Positions 47,194-57,560 are shown, counted from the first letter of the stretch. The stretch is DNA of 64,000 nucleotides from an uncultured Solirubrobacteraceae bacterium (GCA_963775385.1 CAVZIR010000003.1:3218934-3282933); one strand, 5' to 3'. A program made the numbers and translations. Notes: a model not told the origin generated them from the sequence alone.

Positions 47194-48109
47194 GTGCGTT
47201 TCGCGATCTCCATCCCGCAGTACGCCCGCGACAGCGTCTTCGACGAGCAGGCCTTTCGCACCCACCTCCGCCGCATCGAGGAGCTCGGCGTGTTCGAGAG
47301 CGGCTGGGTGCAGGAGCAGGTGCTCGGCGCATCCGGCAGCCTCGCGGCGCTGCAGACGCTCACCTATGCCGCGGCCTGCACAGAACGGCTGCGACTCGGC
47401 TGCGCCGTGTTCGTCCTGCCCCTCCACAACCCCCTCCACCTCGCCAAGGCGATCAGCTCGCTGGACTGCCTCAGCCACGGCCGCGTCGAGGTGGGCTTCG
47501 CCACCGGCGGGCAGGGACGCCCGTTCGCCGCCTTCGGCGTCGACCCCGACAAGCCGGTCGCGCGCTTCAACGAGGCGCTCGCGCTGATGAAGGCCTGCTG
47601 GACGGAGCCGGAGATCGACTTCGAGGGCCGTTTCTGGAACCTGCACGGCGCCACGATGGAGCCCAAGCCGGTGCAGAAGCCCTACCCGCCGGTCTGGTTC
47701 GGCGGCAGCGCGCCCGCCGGCATGCGCCGCGCGGCTCGCCACGGCGACGGGTTCATGGGCGCGGGATCCCAGACGACCGCCGCATATACGCGAGCAGGTG
47801 GCGATGGTGAAGGAGGAGCTCTCCGCGCTCGGCCGCGAGCTCGAGAGCTTCCGGTTCGGCAAGCGCGTCTACGTCCACGTCGATGACGATCCGGCGATCG
47901 CGAGGCGGCGCCTCGAGGACGCGCTCATCGGCCACTACGGCGGCGGCGAATGGTCGGAGCACATGGTCGCGGGGCCGGCGGAGGAGTGCGTCGCGGGCAT
48001 CCGCGCGGTGGCGGACGCAGGCGCCGAGCTGATCCTGCTGAACCCGCTCGTGGACGACGCACGACAGCTCGAGCTGCTCGCGGGAGAAGTGATCCCGGCG
48101 CTGCTTTGA
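47194..48109 (+). CDS. LLM class flavin-dependent oxidoreductase (frameshift ~47795)
   Basis: TERLRLG, LSHGRVEVG, PKPVQKPYPPVWFGG. Confidence 0.88.
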
Positions 48110-48176
48110 ACGGACTGCGGACCTCATCCGCTCGGGGTGAGGCCTTGCACGCGGCCGAGACGGCAGAATCCTCCTC

Positions 48177-48380
48177 ATGAGACACCTCGAAGACGGCCCC
48201 TTCAAGAAGGGCGAGGACGTGTGGGTGATGGGCGAGGGCGGCGCCAGGCGCGCCGCCGAGTTCGTCGGCCAGGGCGAGACGAACGACTGGTTCGGCGGTC
48301 CGCCGACCGTGATCGTGGTGTTCCCGGACGACGGCTCCGAGGCGCTGGTCGAGCTCGACCGGGTCCTCGCGCGGAAATAA
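48177..48380 (+). CDS. Small hypothetical protein (SH3-like pattern)
   Basis: FKKGEDVWV..., strong GC3 bias. Confidence 0.65.
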   Translation: MRHLEDGPFKKGEDVWVMGEGGARRAAEFVGQGETNDWFGGPPTVIVVFPDDGSEALVELDRVLARK

Positions 48381-48395
48381 GAGTCCGCTGCGCGG

Positions 48396-48776
48396 CTAGG
48401 AGCCGGGGCGCTCGAAGATCGTCTCCTCCTCGGTCACGAACAGCGAGGAGCGCTCGAAGTCGATGAACCGCGCCTCGTCTTCGATCAGGGTCGCGCCGGC
48501 GCGCTGCCCCTCCCCGGAGGTCGAGGCGGCGAGGAAGGCGTCGAGCGAGTCCCACGAGATCTCGGCGATCCCGTCGAACGCCTCCGCGGTCCCGCGCGTG
48601 CCCGCAAGCGCGACGTTCAGCTCCGGCTGAAGCGTGTGGGATTGCACGTAGCGGCGCGCCCCCAGCGATTCGAGGAGCCCGCCCGCCAGGGGCCCGTGCT
48701 CATCGAGCCAGTAGCGGTGGAACTCCTCGGGCGGCACGTCCTCGCGGCGGCTGATCACGAACACGAGCTTGAGCAT
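48396..48776 (-). CDS. EthD family protein
   Basis: EEFHRYWLDEHGPL, RYVQSH, FDGIAE, DEARFID. Confidence 0.88.
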   Translation of the reverse strand: MLKLVFVISRREDVPPEEFHRYWLDEHGPLAGGLLESLGARRYVQSHTLQPELNVALAGTRGTAEAFDGIAEISWDSLDAFLAASTSGEGQRAGATLIEDEARFIDFERSSLFVTEEETIFERPGS

Positions 48777-48787
48777 CGGCGGTGAAC

Positions 48788-49186
48788 CTACTCCTCGGCT
48801 GCTGCGCGCAGCGCTTCCTCGACCGTGACGTAGGTGTCGATTCGCGCGACACGTCCCTCGATGACGGTCCACACGCTGGCGTTTCGCTGCTCGACAGGGA
48901 TTCCGGTCAGCTTGCCGATCGCGGTCATGCGCAGCCCCACGACGACCGTGTCGCCGGCATCCGTGAGCTCCTCGACCTCGAAGCGGATCTGCTCGAAGGC
49001 CTCGCGGAAGGAATCGAAGTAGCGCTGCAGCCCCGAACCTCCGCGGTAGGTGTCCGGTTCGGCGGACAGCTCCGGCGCGATGCGCGCCTCGAACTCGGGA
49101 TGCACGGACGCGAGCACCTGCTCGATCTCGCCGCTGTTGAACGCGGCCAGCGTTCGCCGCACCGCCTCCAGGTTCTCCCGAGACAT
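48788..49186 (-). CDS. SnoaL-like protein
   Basis: MSRENLEAVRR start; paralogous to 375-773. Confidence 0.85.
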   Translation of the reverse strand: MSRENLEAVRRTLAAFNSGEIEQVLASVHPEFEARIAPELSAEPDTYRGGSGLQRYFDSFREAFEQIRFEVEELTDAGDTVVVGLRMTAIGKLTGIPVEQRNASVWTVIEGRVARIDTYVTVEEALRAAAEE

Positions 49187-49206
49187 CGCGCGGCTGTGCC
49201 CGGCGC

Positions 49207-49581
49207 CTACTGCTGGACGATCAGCAGCGAGTTCTCGTCCTGATCGCGCATGAAGAACATCGGGGGAACGGTGCCGTCTCCGCCGATGATCGCGCCGTCG
49301 ACGTCGACTCCAGCGGCCGCCAGCTCGTCCCGCGTCCCTGCCGCGTCGCCGGTCTCGAGCGCGATCCCGGTCATGCGCCCCGTCTGGTATTCGCCCTGCG
49401 GTGGCACGAGCGCAAGCGCTGCGCCGCCGTCCGCGGGCGCGACTTCGACCCAGCGATCGCCGTTGCCGAACGGGACGTCGGCGCTCACTGTGAAGCCGAG
49501 CTTGCCGGTGTAGAACTCGATCGCCCGGTCCTGATCTGAGACGGGCACCATCACGCGGCCGACCTGCTTGATCTTCGACAT
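49207..49581 (-). CDS. VOC/glyoxalase family protein
   Basis: VSDQDRAIEFY..LGF, RWVEV, RDQDEN. Confidence 0.88.
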   Translation of the reverse strand: MSKIKQVGRVMVPVSDQDRAIEFYTGKLGFTVSADVPFGNGDRWVEVAPADGGAALALVPPQGEYQTGRMTGIALETGDAAGTRDELAAAGVDVDGAIIGGDGTVPPMFFMRDQDENSLLIVQQ

Positions 49582-49662
49582 CACGGCTCCTCTCGCTCGG
49601 GAGCTCCGACTCTACGCCCACCCGCGCCGGCGCGAAGCGCGCGCCTTTCTACTCTCTATCCA

Positions 49663-50400
49663 ATGACCGTCATCGATGTCACCGAAGCCGACTTCGAGCG
49701 CGAGGTCGTCGATCGTTCCGCCGAGCTGCCCGTCGTCGTCGACTTCTGGGCGGAGTGGTGCGGCCCGTGCCGTCAGCTCGGCCCGCTGCTCGAGCGGGCG
49801 GCCGCGGCGCGCGAGGGGAAGGTCGTGCTTGCGAAGCTCGATACGGACGCCAACCAGCCGCTGGCGCAGGCGTTCCGGATCCAAGGCATCCCCGCAGTGA
49901 AGGCGTTCCGCGATCGCCGCCTAGCGGACGAGTTCGTGGGCGTGATCCCGGCCGGCGAGGTCGACCGCTTCTTCGACGGGCTGCTGCCCTCCGAGGCCGA
50001 GCTGCTTGCGCAGAGTGGGGAGGAGGAGGATCTCCGCCGCTCGCTCGAGCTCCAACCGGGACGGCCCGACGCCGCGTTGGCCCTGGCGAAGATCCTGCTC
50101 GGCCGCGGCGATCGCGACGAGGCGCGCCAGGTGCTCGAAGGCGTCGCCGGCTCCTTCCAGGCCGACGGGCTTGCTGCGCGCATCAGGCTCGAGGACGAGG
50201 GAGCGCTCGAAGACGCGTTCGCGGCGCTCGACGACGGCCGCCTCGAGGAGGCGCTCGATGCGCTGCTCGCAGCCCTGCCCGAGGCGGAGGAGCGGCGCGA
50301 GGACATCCGTCGTGTGATCGTCGGCGAGCTCGACGTGCTCGGGCCCGGCGACCCGCTCGCCCGCAGCACACGTGGGCGCCTCGCCACGGCGCTCTACTGA
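49663..50400 (+). CDS. Thioredoxin-TPR protein (YbbN/CnoX-like)
   Basis: DFWAEWCGPC, IQGIPAV, C-terminal RLATALY. Confidence 0.9.
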   Translation: MTVIDVTEADFEREVVDRSAELPVVVDFWAEWCGPCRQLGPLLERAAAAREGKVVLAKLDTDANQPLAQAFRIQGIPAVKAFRDRRLADEFVGVIPAGEVDRFFDGLLPSEAELLAQSGEEEDLRRSLELQPGRPDAALALAKILLGRGDRDEARQVLEGVAGSFQADGLAARIRLEDEGALEDAFAALDDGRLEEALDALLAALPEAEERREDIRRVIVGELDVLGPGDPLARSTRGRLATALY

Positions 50401-50446
50401 CGAGCGTCCGTTTTCCTGCCCAGCGCCGCGGGTAGCTCCGTGCACG

Positions 50447-50806
50447 ATGGCCGACACCCAGCAGCTGAGGGGCGGCGAGCTGAACGCCGCCGTCACGAGC
50501 GCGCTGGTCGGGATCCACACGCAGCATCTCGGCCGCGGTCCCACCACCGCCTCGACGTTCCACTACCGGAACGTGCTCGTGACGCTCATGCACGACGTGC
50601 TCACGCAGGCCGAGCGCGCGCTCAGCCGCAACGAGCACGCCGACGCCGTCCATCGCATCCGCGAGCTGTTCCAGCGTGTGATGGAGGCCGAGTTCACCGA
50701 AGCGGTCGAACGCCTGACGGGCCGGCAAGTGGTGGCGTTCATCAGCGGCAACCAGATCGAGCCCGACATCGCGGCCGAGCTGTTCGTCCTCGACGAGCCG
50801 CTCTGA
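50447..50806 (+). CDS. DUF2294/MpsC family protein
   Basis: HLGRGP, LTQAERAL, VERLTGRQV..FISG..ELFVL. Confidence 0.85.
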   Translation: MADTQQLRGGELNAAVTSALVGIHTQHLGRGPTTASTFHYRNVLVTLMHDVLTQAERALSRNEHADAVHRIRELFQRVMEAEFTEAVERLTGRQVVAFISGNQIEPDIAAELFVLDEPL

Positions 50807-50813
50807 GCGGCCT

Positions 50814-53528
50814 CTACACGCGGGTCGCGCGAGCTGGCGCCCGCACACGGGCGCGGGGTGCAACCGTGCGAGCGGGAGCGGGGGCTCGCACCGAGGCGCC
50901 CTCCTCGGGCGGCGCCGCGCCGTCGCCCGGGCGCTTCTCGAACGGCGCCGGGTGCGCGATGTGAAAGCCCTGTGCGAAGTCGACCCCGAGCTCGTCCAGC
51001 AGCTCCAGCGTCGCGGCGTCCTCGACGCCCTCGCCCACGGTCTGCAGGTGGAAGTCCCGTGCGAGCGCGACCAGCGCCTGCACGACATGGCGGCTCGCCG
51101 CGTTGGTGCTCAGATCGCGGACGAACTCGATGTCGAGCTTAAGGAAGTCGACGGGCATCTGCTTCAGGTAGGTGAGGCTCGCGTAGCCGGTGCCGAAGTC
51201 GTCCAGCGCGATCTTGCAGCCGAGCCTGTGCAGGCGCTCGGCGAACGTGCGCGCCGCCGCCTCGTCCTCGACGACCGCGGTCTCGGTGATCTCGAACACG
51301 AGCGTCCCGGGCGCCACCTCGTGCTGCTCGATGCACCGTTCGATGTGCTCCAGCACGTCGCGGTCGCCGACCGAGCGCGCTGAGATGTTGGCCTGCACCG
51401 GCTGGCCCTCACCCGCCAGGCGCGCGGCCTGCTTGATCACCCACCAGTCGATCTCGCCGATCATCGCGTACTGCTCGCAGACCGGCAGGAACTCGCCCGG
51501 CGGCACGACGCGGCCGTCCGGTTCGACCATGCGGATCAGCAGCTCGTGCTGGACGGTCGCGCCCGTCTCCAGGGCGATGATCGGCTGCGCGTGCAACACG
51601 AAGCTCTCGTTGACGAGCGCCCGCTCGACCCGCTCGATCACCGCCAGCGTCTCGGCGTTGCGCCGGCTCTCCTCCTCGCGGCGCTTGCGCTCGGAGATGT
51701 CCTGGAAGATCACGACGCAGCCCTGCGGCCCCTCCGCTGTGGAGAAGGGGGTTGCGGTGTAGGCGACGGGAAGCTCGCCGCCGTCGCCGGTCGCGAATGT
51801 GTCGTCCTCCACCCGCACCGTCTCCTCGCCCCGGACCGCGGCGGCGATCGCGCAGTGCTCGAACGGCAGCACGCTGCCGTCCGGGCAGGCGGCGTAGACC
51901 ATCGCGCCCACCTCGCAACCCATGAGCTCGCCCCGCCGGCGCCCGAGCAGCTCCTCGGCGACGCGGTTGATATAGGTGATCCGGCCCTCGGGGTCGAGCG
52001 TGAAGAGACCCTCGCCCATGCATTCTGTGACCGCCTGGGCGTAGTTGCGAGAGTCGCGCAACTCGGTCTCGGCCGCTATGCGCGCGGAGATGTCGACCGC
52101 CACGCCGACGACCGCGGAGGGCAGCCCCTCGTCGTCGAGCACGAGGCGGTTGCGGACGTAGGTCGTGAACACCGCGCCGTCCTTGTCGCGGACGAGCAGC
52201 TCGCCGTCCCAGCGACCGTCGCGGCTCAGCTCCATCATCAGGCGTTCGGCCTGTGCCGCGTCGGCGGGCACGACCAGCTCGCGGGCGCTGCGCCCGACCG
52301 CTTCCTCGCTGCTCCATCCGTAAAGGGCTTCGGCGCCGTGGTTCCAGCTGATCACGATGCCGGTCATATCGGTCACGATCACCGACGCGTCGATCTGATC
52401 GAGCAGCATCGACTGCACGCTTTCGTCCCGCAGCCTGCGATCGCCGCGCCCGGCGCGCGAGGGCATCGCGTCGAGCGCCGCGCGCCACAGGTCGATCGCG
52501 CCGAAGCCGGCGCGATCGGGCTCGTGGGCCGCGACCTCGGCGGGCGCCGCGCCGGCGCCCTGCGCCTGTTCGCGTTCATAGCGCCCGCGGCGGCTGCCGT
52601 ACAGGCGGCTGTCGGCCTGCCGCGTCAGCTTCTCCAGATCGTCGCCGTCCTGGGGGTAGAGCGCGACGCCCAACGAGCACGGCGCGCGCTCGCAGAGCGC
52701 CTCGCCGATCCGCGTCGTGAGGTCCCGCGCGTCGTCGGCCCCGATCTCCGGCAGCACGATCGCGAACTCGTCGCCCCCGAGACGCCCGATCGCGTCGCTG
52801 GAGCGGACGACGCTCTGCAGGGTCGTGACGACCCAGCAGAGGAGCTCGTCGCCTGCGGCGTGACCGAACACGTCGTTGACCGGCTTGAACTTGTCGACGT
52901 CGAGGACGACCACGGCGCCGCTGCGCTCGCTGCGGCGCATCGCTGCCAGCTCGGCGTTCGCCCTCTCCTCGAAGCCGCGCCGGTTCAGGCAGCCGGTCAG
53001 CGGGTCGGTGCGGGAGGCCTTCGCGAGCGCGCGGTGCTGGCGGTTCTGGTTCTGGGCCTGCCAGCTGCTGAGGATGCCTGTGCACGCCAGGATGAACGCG
53101 AAGGAGACCGTGTAGGCGAGATTCGTGCCTCCTTGGCTGAAGGCGAGGCCGAGATAGGTGAGCACGCTCGTGGCGCTCACGATCACGACCGAGCTGACGG
53201 GGTAGGACATCGCCGAGAACACCACCGGCAGGAACAGCACGATCACGAGCGGGCAGCTCGTGCCGCCGTCGACCAGCGTGCCCGCGATGATCAGCGCGAA
53301 GTCGCTCATCGTCCACGCGAGGAACAGGAGCTCGCGGTGGGGGCTGCGGACCATCTCCTGGCGCACGCGGTAAACGCCCAGGCAGCCCAGCGTGCTGACG
53401 ACGAACAGCAGCAGCAGGAACAGGCGGTGCGGCTGGCTCCAGGTCAGCCCGACGTAGAGGCAGCCGAGCAGGCCGACGCCGAACGTGAGCGGGACGGCCG
53501 CAGCGACCGTCGCTTCGCGCATGCGCAT
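50814..53528 (-). CDS. Membrane GGDEF-PAS-PAS-EAL protein (start uncertain, up to 53612)
   Basis: ~6 TM; DPLTG..GGDEF; two PAS; HELLIR, EITET, ALDDFGTG. Confidence 0.9.
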   Translation of the reverse strand: MRMREATVAAAVPLTFGVGLLGCLYVGLTWSQPHRLFLLLLFVVSTLGCLGVYRVRQEMVRSPHRELLFLAWTMSDFALIIAGTLVDGGTSCPLVIVLFLPVVFSAMSYPVSSVVIVSATSVLTYLGLAFSQGGTNLAYTVSFAFILACTGILSSWQAQNQNRQHRALAKASRTDPLTGCLNRRGFEERANAELAAMRRSERSGAVVVLDVDKFKPVNDVFGHAAGDELLCWVVTTLQSVVRSSDAIGRLGGDEFAIVLPEIGADDARDLTTRIGEALCERAPCSLGVALYPQDGDDLEKLTRQADSRLYGSRRGRYEREQAQGAGAAPAEVAAHEPDRAGFGAIDLWRAALDAMPSRAGRGDRRLRDESVQSMLLDQIDASVIVTDMTGIVISWNHGAEALYGWSSEEAVGRSARELVVPADAAQAERLMMELSRDGRWDGELLVRDKDGAVFTTYVRNRLVLDDEGLPSAVVGVAVDISARIAAETELRDSRNYAQAVTECMGEGLFTLDPEGRITYINRVAEELLGRRRGELMGCEVGAMVYAACPDGSVLPFEHCAIAAAVRGEETVRVEDDTFATGDGGELPVAYTATPFSTAEGPQGCVVIFQDISERKRREEESRRNAETLAVIERVERALVNESFVLHAQPIIALETGATVQHELLIRMVEPDGRVVPPGEFLPVCEQYAMIGEIDWWVIKQAARLAGEGQPVQANISARSVGDRDVLEHIERCIEQHEVAPGTLVFEITETAVVEDEAAARTFAERLHRLGCKIALDDFGTGYASLTYLKQMPVDFLKLDIEFVRDLSTNAASRHVVQALVALARDFHLQTVGEGVEDAATLELLDELGVDFAQGFHIAHPAPFEKRPGDGAAPPEEGASVRAPAPARTVAPRARVRAPARATRV

Positions 53529-53722
53529 CGCGGGGAGATCGAGTACCTCCGATGTGGATTCAGCTCGCACACGGTCGTATCGGCTCTGCGGAGGAACCCC
53601 TAAGCGTCGCACGCGGGTGCTGGACGGGGCCGATCCCCCCGTTGGGGCAGCCGGGAGGCCTCATGTGGCCTTTCTCACTGCGCCCTGAGCGGCCCGTTAG
53701 GGGTTCGGGGCAGGCTCCGAGT

Positions 53723-54715
53723 ATGCGCCGGAAGCTCGGTCTGCGCCTTCTGTTCGTCGGGCTGCTCGCGACGATCCTCGCGGTTGCAGCGGCCACGATC
53801 GCCTCCGGGCTCGATCTCGACGACGGCACGGGCCGGTCCGCAACCGCATCCGCAGCTGGTTGCGGCGCCGCGACCGCCCAGACCATCGCCGCGGTGCAGG
53901 CCGATGTCGCGCGGCGGATCTACGCCGGGGAGATCGACGGCACCGAGACGCGCCTCGACGCCGCGCGGGTCAAGGCTTACCGGCCGCTGCTCGCCGCGCT
54001 TGCGAGCGGCAGCGCTTCCGCCGTCCGCAACGCGGTCCACGCGCTGGTCTACAAACCGCACTGGCACATCGTCCGCTTGCGCGTCCTGCGCGGCTCGCGC
54101 GTGCTGGCCGACGTCGGCGGGCCGCATGTGCTGGCGCCGGTACGGGGCACGTTGCGCGCCAACGGTCGCATCCTCGGGAGCTACGTGATGTCGGTGCAGG
54201 ACGACCTCGGCTACGTCAAGCTCGTCAGCCGTTTCATCGGCGCGCCGGTCGACCTCTACAGCGGCGGCGCGTTCGTGATGGGGACGCTCGCGCCCGCCCC
54301 CGCGGCGGCCGCCGCGTCGGTGGCCGCCGGAGCCGGCCGCTACCTCGCCGTGCCGCTCTCGCTTAGCGCGTTCCCCGCGGGGCCGCTGCAGGCGAGCCTG
54401 TTCGTGCCCGAAGCGCCCTCGGCGCGCTCGTGTGCGGCGGTCAGGCTCGCCGCCTTCGGCTCGGTCGCCCGCCACGTCGCCGCGCGCCTGCACCCGCTCT
54501 CGACGCACCTGCGAGCACTGGCCGACATCGTGCGGAGCGTGACCGGCGGGCACATGCTCGTGATCGCCGGCGGGCGACGCGTGGCCGGCGCCGGGCCGGC
54601 GCGCATGCCGCAGTCCGGCAGCGTCGGCTACGAAGGACGGCGATGGGCCGTCTACTCGTGGCAGCCGCTACCGGACGTGCGCGCGTTCGTGCTCGCGGGG
54701 GTCGGTGGGCCCTAA
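53723..54715 (+). CDS. Secreted/membrane-anchored hypothetical protein
   Basis: MRRKLGLRLL plus hydrophobic N-terminus; divergent from the GGDEF-EAL gene. Confidence 0.65.
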   Translation: MRRKLGLRLLFVGLLATILAVAAATIASGLDLDDGTGRSATASAAGCGAATAQTIAAVQADVARRIYAGEIDGTETRLDAARVKAYRPLLAALASGSASAVRNAVHALVYKPHWHIVRLRVLRGSRVLADVGGPHVLAPVRGTLRANGRILGSYVMSVQDDLGYVKLVSRFIGAPVDLYSGGAFVMGTLAPAPAAAAASVAAGAGRYLAVPLSLSAFPAGPLQASLFVPEAPSARSCAAVRLAAFGSVARHVAARLHPLSTHLRALADIVRSVTGGHMLVIAGGRRVAGAGPARMPQSGSVGYEGRRWAVYSWQPLPDVRAFVLAGVGGP

Positions 54716-54719
54716 TCCA

Positions 54720-54857
54720 TCAGGCCTGCGACGTCTCGATTCCCAGCGCCCTGCGCAGCGGCTCGCGTGCGAGCAGCCGGTAGGCGATGTCCCCGACCAG
54801 CAAAGCCGCCAGCACCTGCGGCAGCATCCACAGCCGCGACCCCCTCGAATCCTCCAT
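54720..54857 (-). CDS. Small membrane protein (45 aa), absent from ORF track
   Basis: AAGGAGG RBS; MEDSRGSRLWMLPQVLAALLVGDIAYRLLAREPLRRALGIETSQA. Confidence 0.6.
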   Translation of the reverse strand: MEDSRGSRLWMLPQVLAALLVGDIAYRLLAREPLRRALGIETSQA

Positions 54858-54957
54858 CTCCGTCCCTCCTTGAACCTGACGGTCCGGCCCTCCTGCACGA
54901 ACCGCACCTTCAAGCTAGGGCATCGCGCGACGGCCGTCAAACCTCGAACCTCGCGCG

Positions 54958-56580
54958 TCAGCCCGCGACGCGACGCGCAAGCCTGCGCGCGGCCCGTTCG
55001 CCGGTTTCCACCGCTCCGTCGAGGAAGCCGATGTTGGCGATCGAGGTGTGCTCTCCGGCGAACAGGACGCGGCCTTCCGCGCGCGCGGCGATCGTGCCGT
55101 AGCTCGCCGCTTGCCCGACGCGGTAGTAGGAGTACGCGCCGTGCACCCACGGGTCCTCGGCCCAGTGATCCTCGTATGCCAGCCCGGTGAACGCGGCGGT
55201 GGTCCCGGGGAAGACGTGCTCGATCTCGCCGAGCGCGAACGCCACGTCGGGCGCCGGCGCGGCGCCGTGCGCGGCGCCGGTCAGACCCTGCGCTCCCACG
55301 TGGGCGCCGGGGAAGGCGAGGAAGAGAGCAGGGCTCGCGCTCGCGCCAAGCGGCACCGAATCGTCCCATCCGCATGCGAGCCGCTGCCATTCGCCGTATG
55401 TGGCGCCCGAATAGCCGAGCCCCGGCCAGGTCTTGTGCGACAGCTCGAGGTGGACCTTGGCGTTGGTGCCCATCCCCATGGTCCGGATCACCGTCCGCTT
55501 CTGCGCGCTCAGCCCTGAGCGGGAGAGATCCACATCGCGCAGCGTGCTGAACGGCAGCGCGAGCACCACCCAGTCGGCGAGCACTTCTTCGATCTTCCCG
55601 TCGGCTTCGAAGTTGAGCGCCAGCGCGCGGTCGGATCGTTCGCGCATCGCGACGAGCGCGCGCCCCTGCTGCACGGCTTCGGCGGGAAGCGCCGCGATCA
55701 TGCGGCTGACGAGCTGGTCGTTGCCGCCGATCAGGTGGTAGCGCTCGTCGTCGCCGGGCAGGGGCGCCAGCGAGGAGCGCGGGTTGCCGCTGAGCAGTTC
55801 GATCAGATCGAGCGCCGACTGGTCACCCGGGTCGCCGCCGTTCTCGGTGACGGTGTTGGCCTGCATCAGCCGGCCGAAGCGGCTGCCGGCGCCGATCGGC
55901 GTGCTGTCGAGCCATTCCGGCACCGACATCGCGTCCAGATGCGCTTCGCCGCCCGGCTTGCCCGCTCGCCGCGCTGCCGCGCGGAAGGCGTCGAAGCCGA
56001 ACGCGCGCCAGTCGGCCTGCGCTTCGCCGAGCGAGTAGCGGGCGCCGCCGATGAAGAAGACCTCCTCGCCGTGAAGGAGGTCGCCTCCGTTGACGAGCTC
56101 CTGCGCGATGCCGAGCTCGGCCGCGAGCGAGCGGACCGCGAGCTGGTTCGAGTTCAGGAACGAGCCGCCGTGCTCGGTTTCGAGCCCCGCCGAGAAGTAG
56201 CCCCGCAGCGTCCAGCAGCGCCCGCCCGCGCGATCCGGGTTCGCCTCGTACACCGTCGAGGCGATCGGCCCGCCCGGAGCGGTCCAGAGCAGATGCGCGC
56301 AGCGCAGGCCGGCGAGGCCCGCGCCCACGATCGCGATCCGCGGGGCGCCGTGCGCGCGCGGCCTGCCGGCGAGGCGCGCGAGCGCCTTCGCTCCCGGAGT
56401 CGAGAGCGCGCCGGCGGCCGCGAGGCCGGCCCCTGCGCCGACGAGCTCGCGACGCGTGATTCGCTGCCGCGGGCGCGCTTCGAGCTCCTCGGGCGGCACT
56501 CCGCTCCGCGCTGCCCGCTCGTGCGTGGCGAAAGCCCGCTGCGCCCACCGTGTGAGGGGGCTGCGCGCCTGCCTGGCCAT
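54958..56580 (-). CDS. Flavin monoamine oxidase family protein
   Basis: VGAGLAGL, RAGGR, FAGEHT..GFLDGAVETG; TRRELV Tat-like motif. Confidence 0.88.
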   Translation of the reverse strand: MARQARSPLTRWAQRAFATHERAARSGVPPEELEARPRQRITRRELVGAGAGLAAAGALSTPGAKALARLAGRPRAHGAPRIAIVGAGLAGLRCAHLLWTAPGGPIASTVYEANPDRAGGRCWTLRGYFSAGLETEHGGSFLNSNQLAVRSLAAELGIAQELVNGGDLLHGEEVFFIGGARYSLGEAQADWRAFGFDAFRAAARRAGKPGGEAHLDAMSVPEWLDSTPIGAGSRFGRLMQANTVTENGGDPGDQSALDLIELLSGNPRSSLAPLPGDDERYHLIGGNDQLVSRMIAALPAEAVQQGRALVAMRERSDRALALNFEADGKIEEVLADWVVLALPFSTLRDVDLSRSGLSAQKRTVIRTMGMGTNAKVHLELSHKTWPGLGYSGATYGEWQRLACGWDDSVPLGASASPALFLAFPGAHVGAQGLTGAAHGAAPAPDVAFALGEIEHVFPGTTAAFTGLAYEDHWAEDPWVHGAYSYYRVGQAASYGTIAARAEGRVLFAGEHTSIANIGFLDGAVETGERAARRLARRVAG

Positions 56581-56661
56581 GGGCGAAGGTTACGCCCGGG
56601 CCGTGGGACCCGAGCCGCCCCGCTCGTTTAGGCTGGGGAGCGCAGGGGCAGACGAATCGAG

Positions 56662-57504
56662 ATGAGCTCTCAGACCGGACCGGTGCCGACGATCCCCACG
56701 AGGGGCGGTGGTGCCATCCCGCAGCTCGGATTCGGAGTCTTCCAGGTGCCGCCCGAGCAGACGACCGAAGTGGTGCTCGAGGCCCTGCAGGTGGGATATC
56801 GCCACATCGACACCGCCGCCGCCTACCGCAACGAGGCTGCCGTCGGCACGGCGGTGCGGGACAGCGCCCTGGCTCGCGGCGAGGTCTACATAACGACCAA
56901 GTGCTGGAACGACAACCAGGGCTACGAGGAGGCGCGCCGCGCGCTGGAGGCGAGCCTCGGGCGCCTGGAGACCGACTACCTCGACCTCTACCTGATCCAC
57001 TGGCCCGTGCCGGCCCACGACCGCTACGTCGAGACGTGGAAGGCGTTCATCGAGGCTCGCGACGAGGGTCTCGTACGGACGATCGGCGTGTCGAACTTCC
57101 AGTCCCCGCACCTGCGCCGGCTGATCGAGGAGACCGGCGAGACGCCGGCCGTCAACCAGGTCGAGCTGCACCCGCTCCTGCAGCAGCACGGCCTGCGCGC
57201 CGAACACGAGGAGCTGGGGATCGTCACCGAGGCCTGGAGCCCGCTCGCCCAGGGGCTCGCGCTGACCGAGCAGACGATCGTCGAGATCGCTGCGCGCCAC
57301 GGACGCACCCCGGGTCAGGTCGTGATCCGCTGGCACCTGCAGATCGGCAACGTGGTGATCCCCAAGTCGGTCACGCCCGAGCGGATCGCCGAGAACTTCG
57401 ACGTGTTCGGATTCGAGCTGGACGAAAGCGAGATGGGCGCGATCGCCGAGCTCGACCGGGGCGAGCGGATCGGCCCGGACCCCGACACCTTCATCCGGCC
57501 TTAG
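56662..57504 (+). CDS. Aldo/keto reductase (DkgA-like)
   Basis: PQLGFGVFQ, IDTAAAY, LYLIHWP, IGVSNF, IPKSVT. Confidence 0.93.
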   Translation: MSSQTGPVPTIPTRGGGAIPQLGFGVFQVPPEQTTEVVLEALQVGYRHIDTAAAYRNEAAVGTAVRDSALARGEVYITTKCWNDNQGYEEARRALEASLGRLETDYLDLYLIHWPVPAHDRYVETWKAFIEARDEGLVRTIGVSNFQSPHLRRLIEETGETPAVNQVELHPLLQQHGLRAEHEELGIVTEAWSPLAQGLALTEQTIVEIAARHGRTPGQVVIRWHLQIGNVVIPKSVTPERIAENFDVFGFELDESEMGAIAELDRGERIGPDPDTFIRP

Positions 57505-57560
57505 CTGAAACCTGCACATTCGCAGTCAAGCTTCTGCCCTCGCCGGCCGATGCTTGGCAC

